Positions 11,479 to 21,502 of a DNA stretch of 64,000 nt are shown one piece after another. Positions within the stretch are counted from its first letter, which is position 1, and each line of letters starts with the position of its first letter. The DNA is taken from assembly GCA_965226555.1 (NCBI GenBank), contig CBDDDG010000002.1, positions 97,298-161,297 of the forward strand. The letters are read 5' to 3'. Origin of the DNA: Salinispira sp. (lineage in GTDB: Bacteria > Spirochaetota > Spirochaetia > DSM-27196 > Salinispiraceae). The translations under genes were made by a program, and so were the position numbers. A model generated the notes under the pieces. That model saw only the letters and a program-made list of their open reading frames with translations, was not told the DNA's origin and made no database searches.

Positions 11479-12755
11479 GTCTGTTTCCCATTGTCATTGT
11501 CATGATTCTCTATTTCTCCAGAATTCCCATTGCCTTTGCGCTTATAGCGGCAGCCCTCGCCTATTTTACCTTCGGGAGTACCGGATCGCCGCCCGATCTT
11601 ATTCTCCAGAAATTCATAACCTCCGCATCGTCCTTTCCGCTGCTCGCGGTGCCTTTTTTTATTATGGCGGGTGAAATAATGAATTTCTCGGGAATAAGCG
11701 CGAGCCTTATGAAAATGGCCGATGTTCTGACCGGGCACATGCGGGGCGGGCTGGCTCAGGTGAACGTGGTGCTGAGTACCCTCATGGGGGGAATTTCAGG
11801 ATCGGCCAATGCCGATGCGGCCATGCAGTCCAGAATTCTGGTGCCGGAAATGGAAAAGCGGGGCTACGACAAGGCCTTTTCTACGGCCATTACTGCTGCG
11901 TCATCGGCCATTGCGCCGGTAATTCCTCCGGGGATCAACCTCATTATTTATGCCCTGATCGCCCGGGTATCGGTTGCGGATATGTTTATTGGCGGATATG
12001 TGCCGGGCATTCTTATGTGCGTTTCTCTCATGCTTGCTGTGAGTGTAATCGCCCGGAAGAGGGGCTACATGCCGACGCGTGAGAAAATGAGTTCGCCAAT
12101 TTCAATTCTCAGGCAGTTGCGGGAATCGGTGTGGGCACTGCTGCTGCCATTCGGCATTATTCTCGGAATTCGCTTTGGGGTTTTCACGCCGACCGAGGCG
12201 GGGGCAATAGCCGTGCTCTTCTGCACCGTGGTTGGGGTGTTTTTTTACCGGAAACTGAAGTGGAAACATTGGCCCATCATTTTCAAAAACACCGTTCATT
12301 CAACGAGCACAGTTGTGCTCATTATTGTTGCGGCTGCCGTGTTCGGCCAGTATATGAGCTGGGAGCGCATTCCGCATAATCTGACGCAGTTACTTCTGGG
12401 TTTTGCCGATAGCCCCTGGCTCATGCTCCTGCTCATTAATGTGTTTCTGCTGTTTCTGGGCATGCTGCTTGAGGGCGGGGCGGTGCTGATAATTGTGGCT
12501 CCGCTGCTGGTGCCGGTCATTAAAACCATGGGCATAGATCCTGTTCATTTTGGGCTCATGTTCATTGTGAATATTATGATTGGGGGAATTACGCCGCCCT
12601 TCGGCTCCATGATGTTTACGACATGCAGTATTACGAATGCGCGAATACCGGACTTTGTGCGGGAGGTTCTTCCCTTCATTGCGGCGCTCTTGATCGTGCT
12701 GCTCCTTATTACGTATTTTCCGGGTTTGGCGCTGTTTCTGCCGAACCTGCTGTAG
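11475..12755 (+). CDS. dctM: TRAP large permease (DctM)
   Basis: FPLLAVPFF, GGISGSANADAA, IPPG, FTPTEAG, GGITPPFG; GGAGG SD. Confidence 0.93.
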   Translation: MSLFPIVIVMILYFSRIPIAFALIAAALAYFTFGSTGSPPDLILQKFITSASSFPLLAVPFFIMAGEIMNFSGISASLMKMADVLTGHMRGGLAQVNVVLSTLMGGISGSANADAAMQSRILVPEMEKRGYDKAFSTAITAASSAIAPVIPPGINLIIYALIARVSVADMFIGGYVPGILMCVSLMLAVSVIARKRGYMPTREKMSSPISILRQLRESVWALLLPFGIILGIRFGVFTPTEAGAIAVLFCTVVGVFFYRKLKWKHWPIIFKNTVHSTSTVVLIIVAAAVFGQYMSWERIPHNLTQLLLGFADSPWLMLLLINVFLLFLGMLLEGGAVLIIVAPLLVPVIKTMGIDPVHFGLMFIVNIMIGGITPPFGSMMFTTCSITNARIPDFVREVLPFIAALLIVLLLITYFPGLALFLPNLL

Positions 12756-12765
12756 GAAATTTGTC

Positions 12766-13683
12766 ATGCTGATAATCGGACACAGGGGCTGTTATGACGA
12801 GGGGTATAATCAGAATACCATTCGGGCCATGCGCCATGTAATTGATCGGGGGGCGAGGGCGATTGAATTTGATGTTCAACGGACATCGGATAATGCGCTT
12901 GTTATTGTGCACGATCTCAATCTTGCCAAAGTATCCACCGGCAGCGGGCTGGTGGCAGAAAGGCCCTTGTCTGAAATTCGGGGGCTTCTGGCGGGCGACC
13001 CGAAGCGGGGGCAGGATCGCATTCCCACGCTGGAGGAGGTTTTCGGGCTGGCGGCTGAATATGCTGCGGAGAATAGGCCGAGGCTGCATGTTGAGCTCAA
13101 GGGACAGGGAACCGGCGCGCTCGCAGGGAAGTTTATTCGACAGGAGATAGACAGTGCTCGTCTGAGTTCCTTCCTTGTGAGTTCTTTTCTGTGGGATGAG
13201 GTAGATGTATTCCGGATGCATTGCCCCGAGGTGGATATTGCTTTGCTGGCCGGGGCGCTGAATCGTGAACGTCTGCTGGCGGAACAGGAGGGAATTGGGG
13301 CATGGCTGCCGAAGTTTTTTGCATATCCCGAGGAAAAATTCATGCTGCCGCTAACTGCCAATGCGGAAAAGCTGGAGGCTCTGCTGGCCGGGCATGACTG
13401 CCCTGCTGCCTTTGCTGAGGTCATTAGACGAGAGAACGCCCATGCCTGCAGCGGATCCTCCTATGACCGGCAGCTCGTTGAAGAGGCGGTAAGGCGGGGG
13501 GCGGTGTCTATCAATCTCTGGCATGTGTCGGTGAATAAGGCCATTGTCGATATGGCTCATGCGGCCGGTCTGAAGGTTCTCGCCTATACGGTCAATACTT
13601 TTTCGGATGCCCGGAGGCTTGAGGCGATAGCTGTCGATGGCATTTTCAGCGATCATTACCCGGCAATGCGAGAATTTCTATGA
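12766..13683 (+). CDS. Glycerophosphodiester phosphodiesterase
   Basis: IIGHRG, NT, IEFDVQRTSD, HD, RIPTLEEV, ELK, YTVN, VDGIFSD. Confidence 0.9.
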   Translation: MLIIGHRGCYDEGYNQNTIRAMRHVIDRGARAIEFDVQRTSDNALVIVHDLNLAKVSTGSGLVAERPLSEIRGLLAGDPKRGQDRIPTLEEVFGLAAEYAAENRPRLHVELKGQGTGALAGKFIRQEIDSARLSSFLVSSFLWDEVDVFRMHCPEVDIALLAGALNRERLLAEQEGIGAWLPKFFAYPEEKFMLPLTANAEKLEALLAGHDCPAAFAEVIRRENAHACSGSSYDRQLVEEAVRRGAVSINLWHVSVNKAIVDMAHAAGLKVLAYTVNTFSDARRLEAIAVDGIFSDHYPAMREFL

Positions 13684-15916
13684 GTGTTTCAAAATTACCC
13701 CGACATTTCTCTCGCGCATTTTCTAATTCTCCAAACGAAACCCCCAGTTTAAACCTGCGTTGGTTCCCATGTCCGCGGTACTTGGGTTTTTCAAAAATTT
13801 TTTGTTTCAGAAGAATAGGTTCTAAAACGTCTTTCTCAAAATTTGGCCATTCATTGCCGAGCTTTGTTTTCAAAATATATTCATTTAGCCCTGTTGACCT
13901 CTGGAAAGCCCGTATAATTTTAAAGAGCTGAGTAATTTTGGGGTCTTCAGTAGGTTTTTCTTTTGTAGGAACGTTCCCAGTTTTTTCATTCATTGGAAAC
14001 CCTGTCGTAACTCCATGATCTATAAGAATTGATATAATGGAGCTTCGGTCGTACATTATCTCATCCTGATCATTTCCAATAATTAATTTCTGCGGAATGC
14101 TGAAGTCGTCATTAATGGTCAGTTTCAAATTGCTTCTCTCTTGAGGACTTATAACCGCTTCGCATAACTCACTCGAAGAAAAAGACACATTTTCCAGATA
14201 TTCATTGAATTCCACTCTTTCAATAAAACAGTTTTTAAACTCAATATTGGAGATAGGTACATGCGATAGAGTTTCACCAGAGCAGTACAGCCCATCGATA
14301 GTGAATTTGTTATTATTATTGCGAAGTAAGCGAATAAGCATTGAACAAATATTCTGACTAATGCATGAATGCGTCTCAACAGATTCAGATAGCCTCTGAA
14401 GTGCCGCAATGGCATCCACTTTCTGAGGTTCATATTCTACGTTTATTACATGGCAACATTCATCAATGGTAAAAAGAGGAAGAACTTTTCTGTTTAAAAT
14501 TTTTCTGATATTCAGCTCGGAACCTGTCGCAATTGTTTTCGCAATGAATCTACCGAGAAAGTGAAAATAAAATTCATCATGGCAAAATCCATACCTGCCA
14601 TCTGCGCCTAAGGTAATGAGAACATGACTCCCTATGAGATTGACACATTGGGTAATTATAGTTGGAGAAAATTTAAGCGATTCACAGTAAAGCTTTGTCA
14701 ACGCAATTAAAATATCTTGTTTAATGTTCGTGGAATTTATTATCCATAATTCTTCAGCGAGTGATGTCAACAGTTCTTGGTGTTGTTCAAAGGTTAAAAG
14801 AGATTCTGACATACTTTCTTTTGGCACCCATTTTTGTGTTTCTCGTTGGAGTATCATTGTAACAAATTCTAAAAATACCTCGCGTTTATTTTTAAAACGA
14901 TCAACGACTGACTGGATATTGCTTCCTAAATCTTCAGATATTTCCTCTACTAATTTTCTGGCTAGAACCGCCCTCGTTAAAATCGGATGATCTGAAACAA
15001 GGGAGTCAGAAAGAGCCTCATAGTATTCTTCAGCCTCTTTTGTATTGAATTCAAATTTTTCCAAAAGAAATACGAGTTGGGTTTTCGTCCACTTGCTTAA
15101 AAATATTTCAGAAAAAGTAACATCCTTCGTCCGACTAAAACTATCGAGGAATTTCGCCCGCAATTTGAGGTTTGCATAATTATAGTACGCTTTTCGTGCG
15201 GCAAACACCATTGTTCCATTAGAATCCAAGGAATCAAGTAAATTACCCAAAGACGACACCGCATCGCCTTCCATACCCTCAATGGTCATTTCTTCAAATC
15301 CATCCAAACCAAGAACAATTAGACCCTGTTTTACAAGTTCCAGAAAACTTTCAATGTAATAGCTCCTGAACCGATAAAGGTTTGCCAAAGTGCCAATGAT
15401 AATTTCATCAAGCCGAAGAAATGGCCTGCCGGAAAGGGCTATTGGAACAAACAGCCAATCCGATTTATCTGCCTTAAATAAAGATGCTTGTGTTCGCGCC
15501 AGCGCATTCATTACACTTGTTTTTCCCTCTCCCCCTTCCGATGTCAGATAAATTACATTTGTTGAAAAATATTTTGATGACTGTTTTATTTTTTCCTGTA
15601 AAAAACAAACAGCGTCATCATTGCTTTTTTGTTTACCATTCTCTTTTGCGGGAACGGGTATGATGTGCAGATCATTGGGTGTTTTTTCTAATATGGCTGT
15701 TGCTAAAGTGTCCAAGCGTCCAAGTCGTTTTGATATCCATTTTCTGACAGGCATATCATAGCCATTCTCAACACATCGCAGACCTTCATTGGTTTTTTTC
15801 AGCTCTACGCATATATTTGCACCATCAATATCAAATGATACACCGCGATTATCAGCAATAACATATGAATTATCAGCAAATACCGTAACTATGTCAATAA
15901 ATTTTTTTTTGTCCAT
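13646..15916 (-). CDS. NACHT/STAND-like P-loop NTPase
   Basis: Walker A SEGGEGKT, Walker B LVLGLDGFEEM, sensor FAAR, YGFCHDEFYFHFLG (wHTH F.H..F..YF-like motif). Confidence 0.75.
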   Translation of the reverse strand: MDKKKFIDIVTVFADNSYVIADNRGVSFDIDGANICVELKKTNEGLRCVENGYDMPVRKWISKRLGRLDTLATAILEKTPNDLHIIPVPAKENGKQKSNDDAVCFLQEKIKQSSKYFSTNVIYLTSEGGEGKTSVMNALARTQASLFKADKSDWLFVPIALSGRPFLRLDEIIIGTLANLYRFRSYYIESFLELVKQGLIVLGLDGFEEMTIEGMEGDAVSSLGNLLDSLDSNGTMVFAARKAYYNYANLKLRAKFLDSFSRTKDVTFSEIFLSKWTKTQLVFLLEKFEFNTKEAEEYYEALSDSLVSDHPILTRAVLARKLVEEISEDLGSNIQSVVDRFKNKREVFLEFVTMILQRETQKWVPKESMSESLLTFEQHQELLTSLAEELWIINSTNIKQDILIALTKLYCESLKFSPTIITQCVNLIGSHVLITLGADGRYGFCHDEFYFHFLGRFIAKTIATGSELNIRKILNRKVLPLFTIDECCHVINVEYEPQKVDAIAALQRLSESVETHSCISQNICSMLIRLLRNNNNKFTIDGLYCSGETLSHVPISNIEFKNCFIERVEFNEYLENVSFSSSELCEAVISPQERSNLKLTINDDFSIPQKLIIGNDQDEIMYDRSSIISILIDHGVTTGFPMNEKTGNVPTKEKPTEDPKITQLFKIIRAFQRSTGLNEYILKTKLGNEWPNFEKDVLEPILLKQKIFEKPKYRGHGNQRRFKLGVSFGELENAREKCRGNFETLIEILALPGNDR

Positions 15917-16824
15917 TCCATCTACCCCTTAAAAAGTCAATTCTGTATATGTTTCCCTCGGAGCAATACCTCGATAATAATTATGCGTTCTGTCATGAGC
16001 TTTTGCATTGATATGAATTATACTCTTTCCCCGAGAAGCTGTCTGAAACATGGCAGGAATAAAATCATCATCGCTGCTTACAATGGCTATTTCCGAATAT
16101 TGATCTGTCATTGCAAAATGGGCAATATCCATGGAAAGCATAACATCAACCAGTTTTTGTTCATCGTACCAAACTAGTTCAGATGATGGTCGTTTATGAT
16201 CACAACGCCTGCAAACTCCTTTTGTCTGTAATTCTTTCAAATATTCTATGGCTCCCTGCGATGCTTCACAGCACGCATTGGTAATTTTGCACATTCTTAA
16301 ATGACTAAGTCTTTTTCGTCTTCGAAAAGTATGAAGTAAATCAAAAGTTGGTCGAGATGCCTGAGCTTTGGCCAATTCGACGAGAATTATGCGTTGTAAT
16401 TTTTCGTTTTCACTGGGATACTCCCTATCAATGATTCTGGCAATGTCCTGCGCCTTCTTTGTCAGGATACTTTCTTCATACCAGCCATCATAAAGTCGAA
16501 AATGAAGTCTGGATCGTTCAGCCCATTCATCTTGATTTTTCTTTTGTAAATGTGAAGTAATTTTTTCAGCAATGTGATCTATTACAGATGTTAGATCATC
16601 AGTATTAGTGATGTATAAATTGGCATAATCTACCAGCACAATTATGTTCTTCATTATTTCCACAAGCACAATACAGTGTACCAAATTATGATCGCATCAA
16701 CAAGCGTTTGATGACTTCGCGGACATTATTCCCCAGATAGAAATTGATGCCTTCATGATATATAATGGCTTCTAATTTCGGTAGGATGTTGATAATTCTG
16801 TTCCGATCATTACCCGGCAATGCG
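13650..16824. mobile_element. AT-rich integrated cassette bounded by a 21-bp direct repeat (att-like)
   Basis: CGATCATTACCCGGCAATGCG at 13650-13670 and 16804-16824; composition shifts to AT-rich between them. Confidence 0.8.
15929..16654 (-). CDS. NYN (PIN-like) ribonuclease-domain protein with Cys-rich insert
   Basis: VLVDYANL, RLYDGW, EQKLVDVML, IVSSDDDFIP. Confidence 0.8.
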   Translation of the reverse strand: MKNIIVLVDYANLYITNTDDLTSVIDHIAEKITSHLQKKNQDEWAERSRLHFRLYDGWYEESILTKKAQDIARIIDREYPSENEKLQRIILVELAKAQASRPTFDLLHTFRRRKRLSHLRMCKITNACCEASQGAIEYLKELQTKGVCRRCDHKRPSSELVWYDEQKLVDVMLSMDIAHFAMTDQYSEIAIVSSDDDFIPAMFQTASRGKSIIHINAKAHDRTHNYYRGIAPRETYTELTF

Positions 16825-16843
16825 GGATTTCATGCTATAACTA

Positions 16844-16902
16844 TAACAAAGTTTTGCATTGGAAAATTGTGCTTGCACAATTTCCAGTAGCAAAAGTTTC
16901 TA
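16844..16902. repeat. TA-flanked nested-hairpin dispersed repeat
   Basis: TAACAAAGTTTTGC-ATTGGAAAATTGTGC-TT-GCACAATTTCCAGTA-GCAAAAGTTTCTA. Confidence 0.8.
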
Positions 16903-16918
16903 TAAGGGGACTTGGTGT

Positions 16919-17602
16919 ATGGAGATTTTGACAATTATATTACGCATGATGCTGGCGGTCGGGCTTGGCGGGCTGGTGGGTATTGAGCGGGAAAATAAGA
17001 GTCGGCCTGCCGGGTTCAGGACACATATACTTGTTTGTGTTGGATCTGCTCTGGTTATGATTACCTCCGAATATCTGTTTGAGCGCTATGGGGCAGTGAC
17101 AAACATCGATCCGGCTCGGCTCGGCGCGCAGGTAATTAGCGGAATTGGATTTCTCGGGGCAGGGACAATTATCCGCTATAATGCCAATGTGGTGGGGCTG
17201 ACAACGGCGGCCAGTCTATGGGCTGTTGCCTGTGTCGGAATTGCCGTTGGAATCGGCTATTATGAAGCTGCCATTGCCGGGGCGCTTACCATTTTCCTGT
17301 CGCTGATTTTCCTACGAAAATTCGGTCGGGTGCTCACGAAGAACAAGGTTTCGAACATGTCCATTACCATTACTATGGAGAACAAAACGGGCAATATCAG
17401 CAGCATAACTTCAATTCTGGAAAAACAATATATTCGGATAAAGGATATTCGCTTCCACGATTCCGATTCATCTGAAGATGCTGAGTATCTGAAAATTAAA
17501 TTTAAGCTCAAACTACCGCCGGGCATGGATGCTGATACTGCAATTAAGATAGCCGGGGGTATTAATGGCGTATTTTCGGTGGAAGAAGGAAAGAGTTTCT
17601 AA
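16919..17602 (+). CDS. mgtC: MgtC/SapB family protein with C-terminal ACT-like domain
   Basis: GIERE...PAGFRTH; RLGAQVISGIGFLGAG; GLTTAASLW. Confidence 0.9.
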   Translation: MEILTIILRMMLAVGLGGLVGIERENKSRPAGFRTHILVCVGSALVMITSEYLFERYGAVTNIDPARLGAQVISGIGFLGAGTIIRYNANVVGLTTAASLWAVACVGIAVGIGYYEAAIAGALTIFLSLIFLRKFGRVLTKNKVSNMSITITMENKTGNISSITSILEKQYIRIKDIRFHDSDSSEDAEYLKIKFKLKLPPGMDADTAIKIAGGINGVFSVEEGKSF

Positions 17603-17646
17603 CTGAAACTTTTGCATCAATGTAGCTATTCGCCAACCTGCCTGTC

Positions 17647-18261
17647 TTATCGGCGCTCCCAGAGAATCCGCAGAGCCTCGGCAAGGCTCATGTCGCGCGC
17701 GCTGAAAAGTACCATAACGTGATACAGCAGATCTGCCGTTTCGGAGGCGAGCTCCGCGTTCGTCCGCGAGAGAATGAGTTCAACGGCTTCTTCTCCGGTT
17801 TTTTTACGTATGTGGTCTTCACCCGTATTAAATAAATGGGTTGTGTATGATCCTTTGGGGCGCGTTTCCCTGCGTTCTCTGATGATCGTTTCCAGATCGC
17901 CGAGAAGCTTGCCTGCGTTTTCCAGAGTTGCAGGTAGTTCCCCTGAGGGAGTATTTTTCAGTACTGAATCTGGTGAATGCGGAGGATCATTCTTTGCGGT
18001 TCTGGAGTCTGCGGAATTGGGTGTTTCAAAACCATCGGCAATAATTTCGACATGCTCGTCTTTTCGGGCGATGTTTCTGAAGCCCCGTATTCTTGAATCC
18101 GGTAGGAGCTTTCCGCTTGCGCCGTTAATGAGCCATGCCGCGTGTTGTTCAATACTCTTCCGGTAGCCCTTGTCGTTAATGAGTCCGGCTCCGATTAGCC
18201 GCTTGTCTCCTGTAAAAATAAGGGCAGGAACAACAGTGCCGTCTTTAGTCTCAGTCCGCAT
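17647..18261 (-). CDS. hisE: Phosphoribosyl-ATP diphosphatase with degenerate HisI-like N-terminus
   Basis: GSYTTHLF...IRKKTGEEAVE...ETADLLYHVMV. Confidence 0.88.
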   Translation of the reverse strand: MRTETKDGTVVPALIFTGDKRLIGAGLINDKGYRKSIEQHAAWLINGASGKLLPDSRIRGFRNIARKDEHVEIIADGFETPNSADSRTAKNDPPHSPDSVLKNTPSGELPATLENAGKLLGDLETIIRERRETRPKGSYTTHLFNTGEDHIRKKTGEEAVELILSRTNAELASETADLLYHVMVLFSARDMSLAEALRILWERR

Positions 18262-19063
18262 TTGTTTCCTCCGCCCGTCTTTCAGAATATCTGCCGGATA
18301 TTGTATCAAAAAACCTGACAGCTTCTTTCAAATTGATAGTGCCCTCATAGAGAGCCTTACCGATAATAACACCTTCGATGTATGTATGTTCACTGTCCTT
18401 TATGGCCCGGGCTATTGTGCGGCAGTCGTCCATGGTGCCCATGCCGCCGGATATGATGACCGGTAAGCCTGCTGCGCGTGCGATGCTGAGGGATCCTGCG
18501 ATGTCCGGCCCGCTGAGGGTTCCGTCCCTGCTGATGTTGGTGTAGATAATGCCCTGCAGTCCGAGGGAGGCAACACGCGCGGCGAGCTCTTCGGCGCGGA
18601 TGCCTGCTGTCTGTTCCCAGCCGGCAATGTTCACGATGGAATTGCGGGCGTCGATGCCGGCGATGAACTGCGTTTTCCACCGCTGAGTCCACTGCGCGAC
18701 TTCTTCGGCATGGGTAACCAGCGCGCTCCCGATAATGAGCCGTCCAACGCCCAGCTCGCTGAGTTCCCGTACATCGTCTTCACTGCGGATGCCTCCGCCG
18801 ACTTCAAGAGTCATGCCGCTGCGCTCGCATATGCGCCCAATTATGCGCCGGTTTCTGCGTGTTTCGGAAAAGTTGCCGCCGCGGGCAGCATCAAGATCGA
18901 CCACATGAAGATATCGGGCTCCGCTTTCTTCAAAATCCTCAGCAATTTTGAGAGGATCCTGTGAATATGATGTTACATTGTTATAGGAGCCCTGATACAG
19001 GCGCACCGCTTCACCGCCGAGCAGGTCGATGGCAGGAATCACATTCATCGGTTTTGTATGCAT
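18251..19063 (-). CDS. hisA: ProFAR isomerase
   Basis: IPAIDL..GEAVRLYQG, HVVDLD, EVGGGIR, YTNISRDGTLSG, GVIIGKALYEG. Confidence 0.95.
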   Translation of the reverse strand: MHTKPMNVIPAIDLLGGEAVRLYQGSYNNVTSYSQDPLKIAEDFEESGARYLHVVDLDAARGGNFSETRRNRRIIGRICERSGMTLEVGGGIRSEDDVRELSELGVGRLIIGSALVTHAEEVAQWTQRWKTQFIAGIDARNSIVNIAGWEQTAGIRAEELAARVASLGLQGIIYTNISRDGTLSGPDIAGSLSIARAAGLPVIISGGMGTMDDCRTIARAIKDSEHTYIEGVIIGKALYEGTINLKEAVRFFDTISGRYSERRAEETNAD

Positions 19064-19120
19064 ATACTTTCCTTCAGTGTTAAGTTATATTTTTTATTAC
19101 ACAAACTCCATATAATATAG

Positions 19121-19250
19121 TAGAAACTTTTGCATTGGAAAATTGCGCTTGCGCAATTTCCAGTAGCAAAAGTTTCCGATCTGGAATGCTTTCTTTGTGC
19201 TTAGCATTCTCCTATTTTATAGAAAGTTTTGCATTTTGCAAAACTTTCTA
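19121..19250. repeat. Two copies of the dispersed hairpin family (nested 19121-19176; minimal 19220-19250)
   Basis: TAGAAAGTTTTGC-ATTTT-GCAAAACTTTCTA is a perfect palindrome around a 5-nt loop. Confidence 0.8.
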
Positions 19251-19337
19251 GTATATTAATAGAGGTTGCTCTCAAAAAATCAATAAGAAACTATTTTGAG
19301 AGGAGTAGCCGTATACCTTCGAATCAGGAGTATTTTT

Positions 19338-20042
19338 ATGAGTAACAATCTCAGTCAGTCATATAGTCAAAGCCAGGTTCTTACCCGGAGCCTTATGCGG
19401 AATGTATATTTATGGATGACAATCGGGCTTTCAATAACCGGCATTGTCGCATGGGGAACATCGCAGAGCCCGACATTGTTGGCATCTCTGAGCGGGAGCG
19501 GCGCCTTCATTGTGCTGTTCATAGCGCAAATTGGGCTGGTCTTTTTTCTCAGCGCACGGATAATGAAAATGTCGCCAATGACGGCTACGCTGTGTTTTGC
19601 CGCCTACGCAATTCTCAACGGATTGACCATGTCATACATTTTTCTTGCCTACACGAGTCAGTCCATTGCATCAACATTCTTCATTACCGCCGGTATGTTC
19701 GGAATAATGAGTGTGTTTGCCTTTACGACCAAAACCGATCTTTCGAGCTGGCGGAATTATCTGTTCATGGGGCTCATCGGCATTGTTATTGCATCGCTGG
19801 TCAACATGTTTCTCCGCAGCGATGGTCTCAGTTACATTATCAGCTATGCGGGGGTCGTTCTGTTTCTGGGACTTACTGCCTACGATACCCAGAAAATAAA
19901 GCAGATGAGCGATGAAATGAGCGGCACGGCGAGCGAACCCGATTATGTGCGCCTGAGTATTATCGGCGCGCTCAAGCTGTACCTCGACTTCATCAATTTG
20001 TTTCTCTTTCTTTTGAGGATATTAGGCGGACGGCGCTCGTAG
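19338..20042 (+). CDS. Bax inhibitor-1/YccA family membrane protein
   Basis: VYLWMTIGL, TTKTDLS, GLTAYDTQKIK, GALKLYLDFINLF. Confidence 0.92.
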   Translation: MSNNLSQSYSQSQVLTRSLMRNVYLWMTIGLSITGIVAWGTSQSPTLLASLSGSGAFIVLFIAQIGLVFFLSARIMKMSPMTATLCFAAYAILNGLTMSYIFLAYTSQSIASTFFITAGMFGIMSVFAFTTKTDLSSWRNYLFMGLIGIVIASLVNMFLRSDGLSYIISYAGVVLFLGLTAYDTQKIKQMSDEMSGTASEPDYVRLSIIGALKLYLDFINLFLFLLRILGGRRS

Positions 20043-20101
20043 GCAGCGGTACCCAATACGGCGGCACGCCGCCCGCATACATACAGGAGCTACAGCGCCA
20101 A

Positions 20102-20458
20102 TTAATGCGATCCGTTCCGCACTGTCCGCATTTCCTCATCGCTCAGCCCGGTAATTCTCTGAACAGCCTCGGTCGACAACCCTTCCAAAAACATACTGCG
20201 GGCGTTTTTTCTCCGCTCCTCAATATGCCCCTCCGCGCGACCTGTCTGTAGTCCTTCCTGCCGACCTGTTTGCAATCCTGTCTGTAGGCCTTCCTGCCGA
20301 CCTTCTTCACGGCCTTCCTGCCGACCTGTTTGCAATCCTTCCTGCCGACCTGTCTGAAGTCCTGTCTGCAATCCTTCTTCACGACCTGTCCGCAGTCCTT
20401 CCTGCCGACCCATTTCCGCAATGTGCGCTCTGAATGTTTCCGCATTCATTCTGAACAT
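20102..20458 (-). CDS. Putative nested small Rpn protein (Rpn-S), copy A
   Basis: In-frame TAAGGAGGT-AGCGAAA-ATG inside the gene. Confidence 0.65.
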   Translation of the reverse strand: MFRMNAETFRAHIAEMGRQEGLRTGREEGLQTGLQTGRQEGLQTGRQEGREEGRQEGLQTGLQTGRQEGLQTGRAEGHIEERRKNARSMFLEGLSTEAVQRITGLSDEEMRTVRNGSH

Positions 20459-21226
20459 TTTCGCTACCTCCTTACCTCTCGGTTCTTTTGTTCTTTCTAA
20501 CTGGTTCATTAACGTGTCAAAGTCTATAACAATTCCGAACATTGAATCTACCACGCCGACAAATTCCTCTATCAGCTCCAGCGATTCTTCATTCAGCATT
20601 TCTGCTATCGCGTTCTCCACCTTCCGAATGTCCCAATCCGTATTCAGCAGATTTTTCGAGTACAGATCAAGGTACATAACAGCCGCAAACATTCTTCCCC
20701 GCTGCTGCAACTGCTCCGCAGAATAATCGTTCTCACTTATCAGATCGTAGGGAAAGGGGGCAAGATACTGCGGGAATTCCCGCTTCCGTTGCTCTCTGAC
20801 ATTCCCGGGCACCTTCCATTTTCTCGTACCATTATAGAATACAATGGGCAGAAATACCAACTCGCAGTCATCGGGAATTGCGCCGGAGCGGTGAATGTTC
20901 CGATAGAGCAGATTCGTATATTCCGACATGCGGAGGGGCATGTCTTTGTCCACTCCGGACTGATGCTCAAGGAGCACATAGATAGCAACATCTCCCGTGT
21001 GATCCCGACTCCTGATTTTGCAGACAATGTCGGCCATCCGTGTTTTTGCATGGTCAATGAAAAAGGTACCGTTTTCAATGGTTATGTCCTCGGTTCGCAA
21101 TTTTTTCGTCCATGCGCCTCCGACAAAGCGTTGAAGAAATTGGAGCATTATTGCGGGTTGGAACAGCAGGGAGCGGTAGCCTTGGTCGTAGGGAACGGGG
21201 GCGGGTTTTTCTTTGAAATCGATCAT
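20102..21226 (-). CDS. Rpn/YhgA-family PD-(D/E)XK nuclease (copy A)
   Basis: YDQGYRSL, MADIV, LLEHQS, MPLRM, PIVFYNG..KW, C-terminal G(R/L)(Q/E)(E/T) tetrapeptide repeats; AGGAGG SD before ATG 21226. Confidence 0.88.
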   Translation of the reverse strand: MIDFKEKPAPVPYDQGYRSLLFQPAIMLQFLQRFVGGAWTKKLRTEDITIENGTFFIDHAKTRMADIVCKIRSRDHTGDVAIYVLLEHQSGVDKDMPLRMSEYTNLLYRNIHRSGAIPDDCELVFLPIVFYNGTRKWKVPGNVREQRKREFPQYLAPFPYDLISENDYSAEQLQQRGRMFAAVMYLDLYSKNLLNTDWDIRKVENAIAEMLNEESLELIEEFVGVVDSMFGIVIDFDTLMNQLERTKEPRGKEVAKMFRMNAETFRAHIAEMGRQEGLRTGREEGLQTGLQTGRQEGLQTGRQEGREEGRQEGLQTGLQTGRQEGLQTGRAEGHIEERRKNARSMFLEGLSTEAVQRITGLSDEEMRTVRNGSH

Positions 21227-21502
21227 ATAATCCTCCTGAACGTTTCTTTCTGAATAGGGGAGCTCCCATGGCGACATGGTCCCATGGTGAATTCTCCCCT
21301 CTATATATGTGACGGGTAAAAAGTCATTTTTGATTGTGTTTTTTGAAAGAATTTTGCAAAATTTGTGAATTTTTTTCAGGGAGTCGGGAATGGGGGGCTG
21401 GTATGCTCTGTATCGATACGATCTATGCTCCCGGGAACAATGCTCAGCGCGAGGTTTTTGTAAAAAGTTTCTATTATTTTGAGATATTGACCTAACCCCG
21501 CC

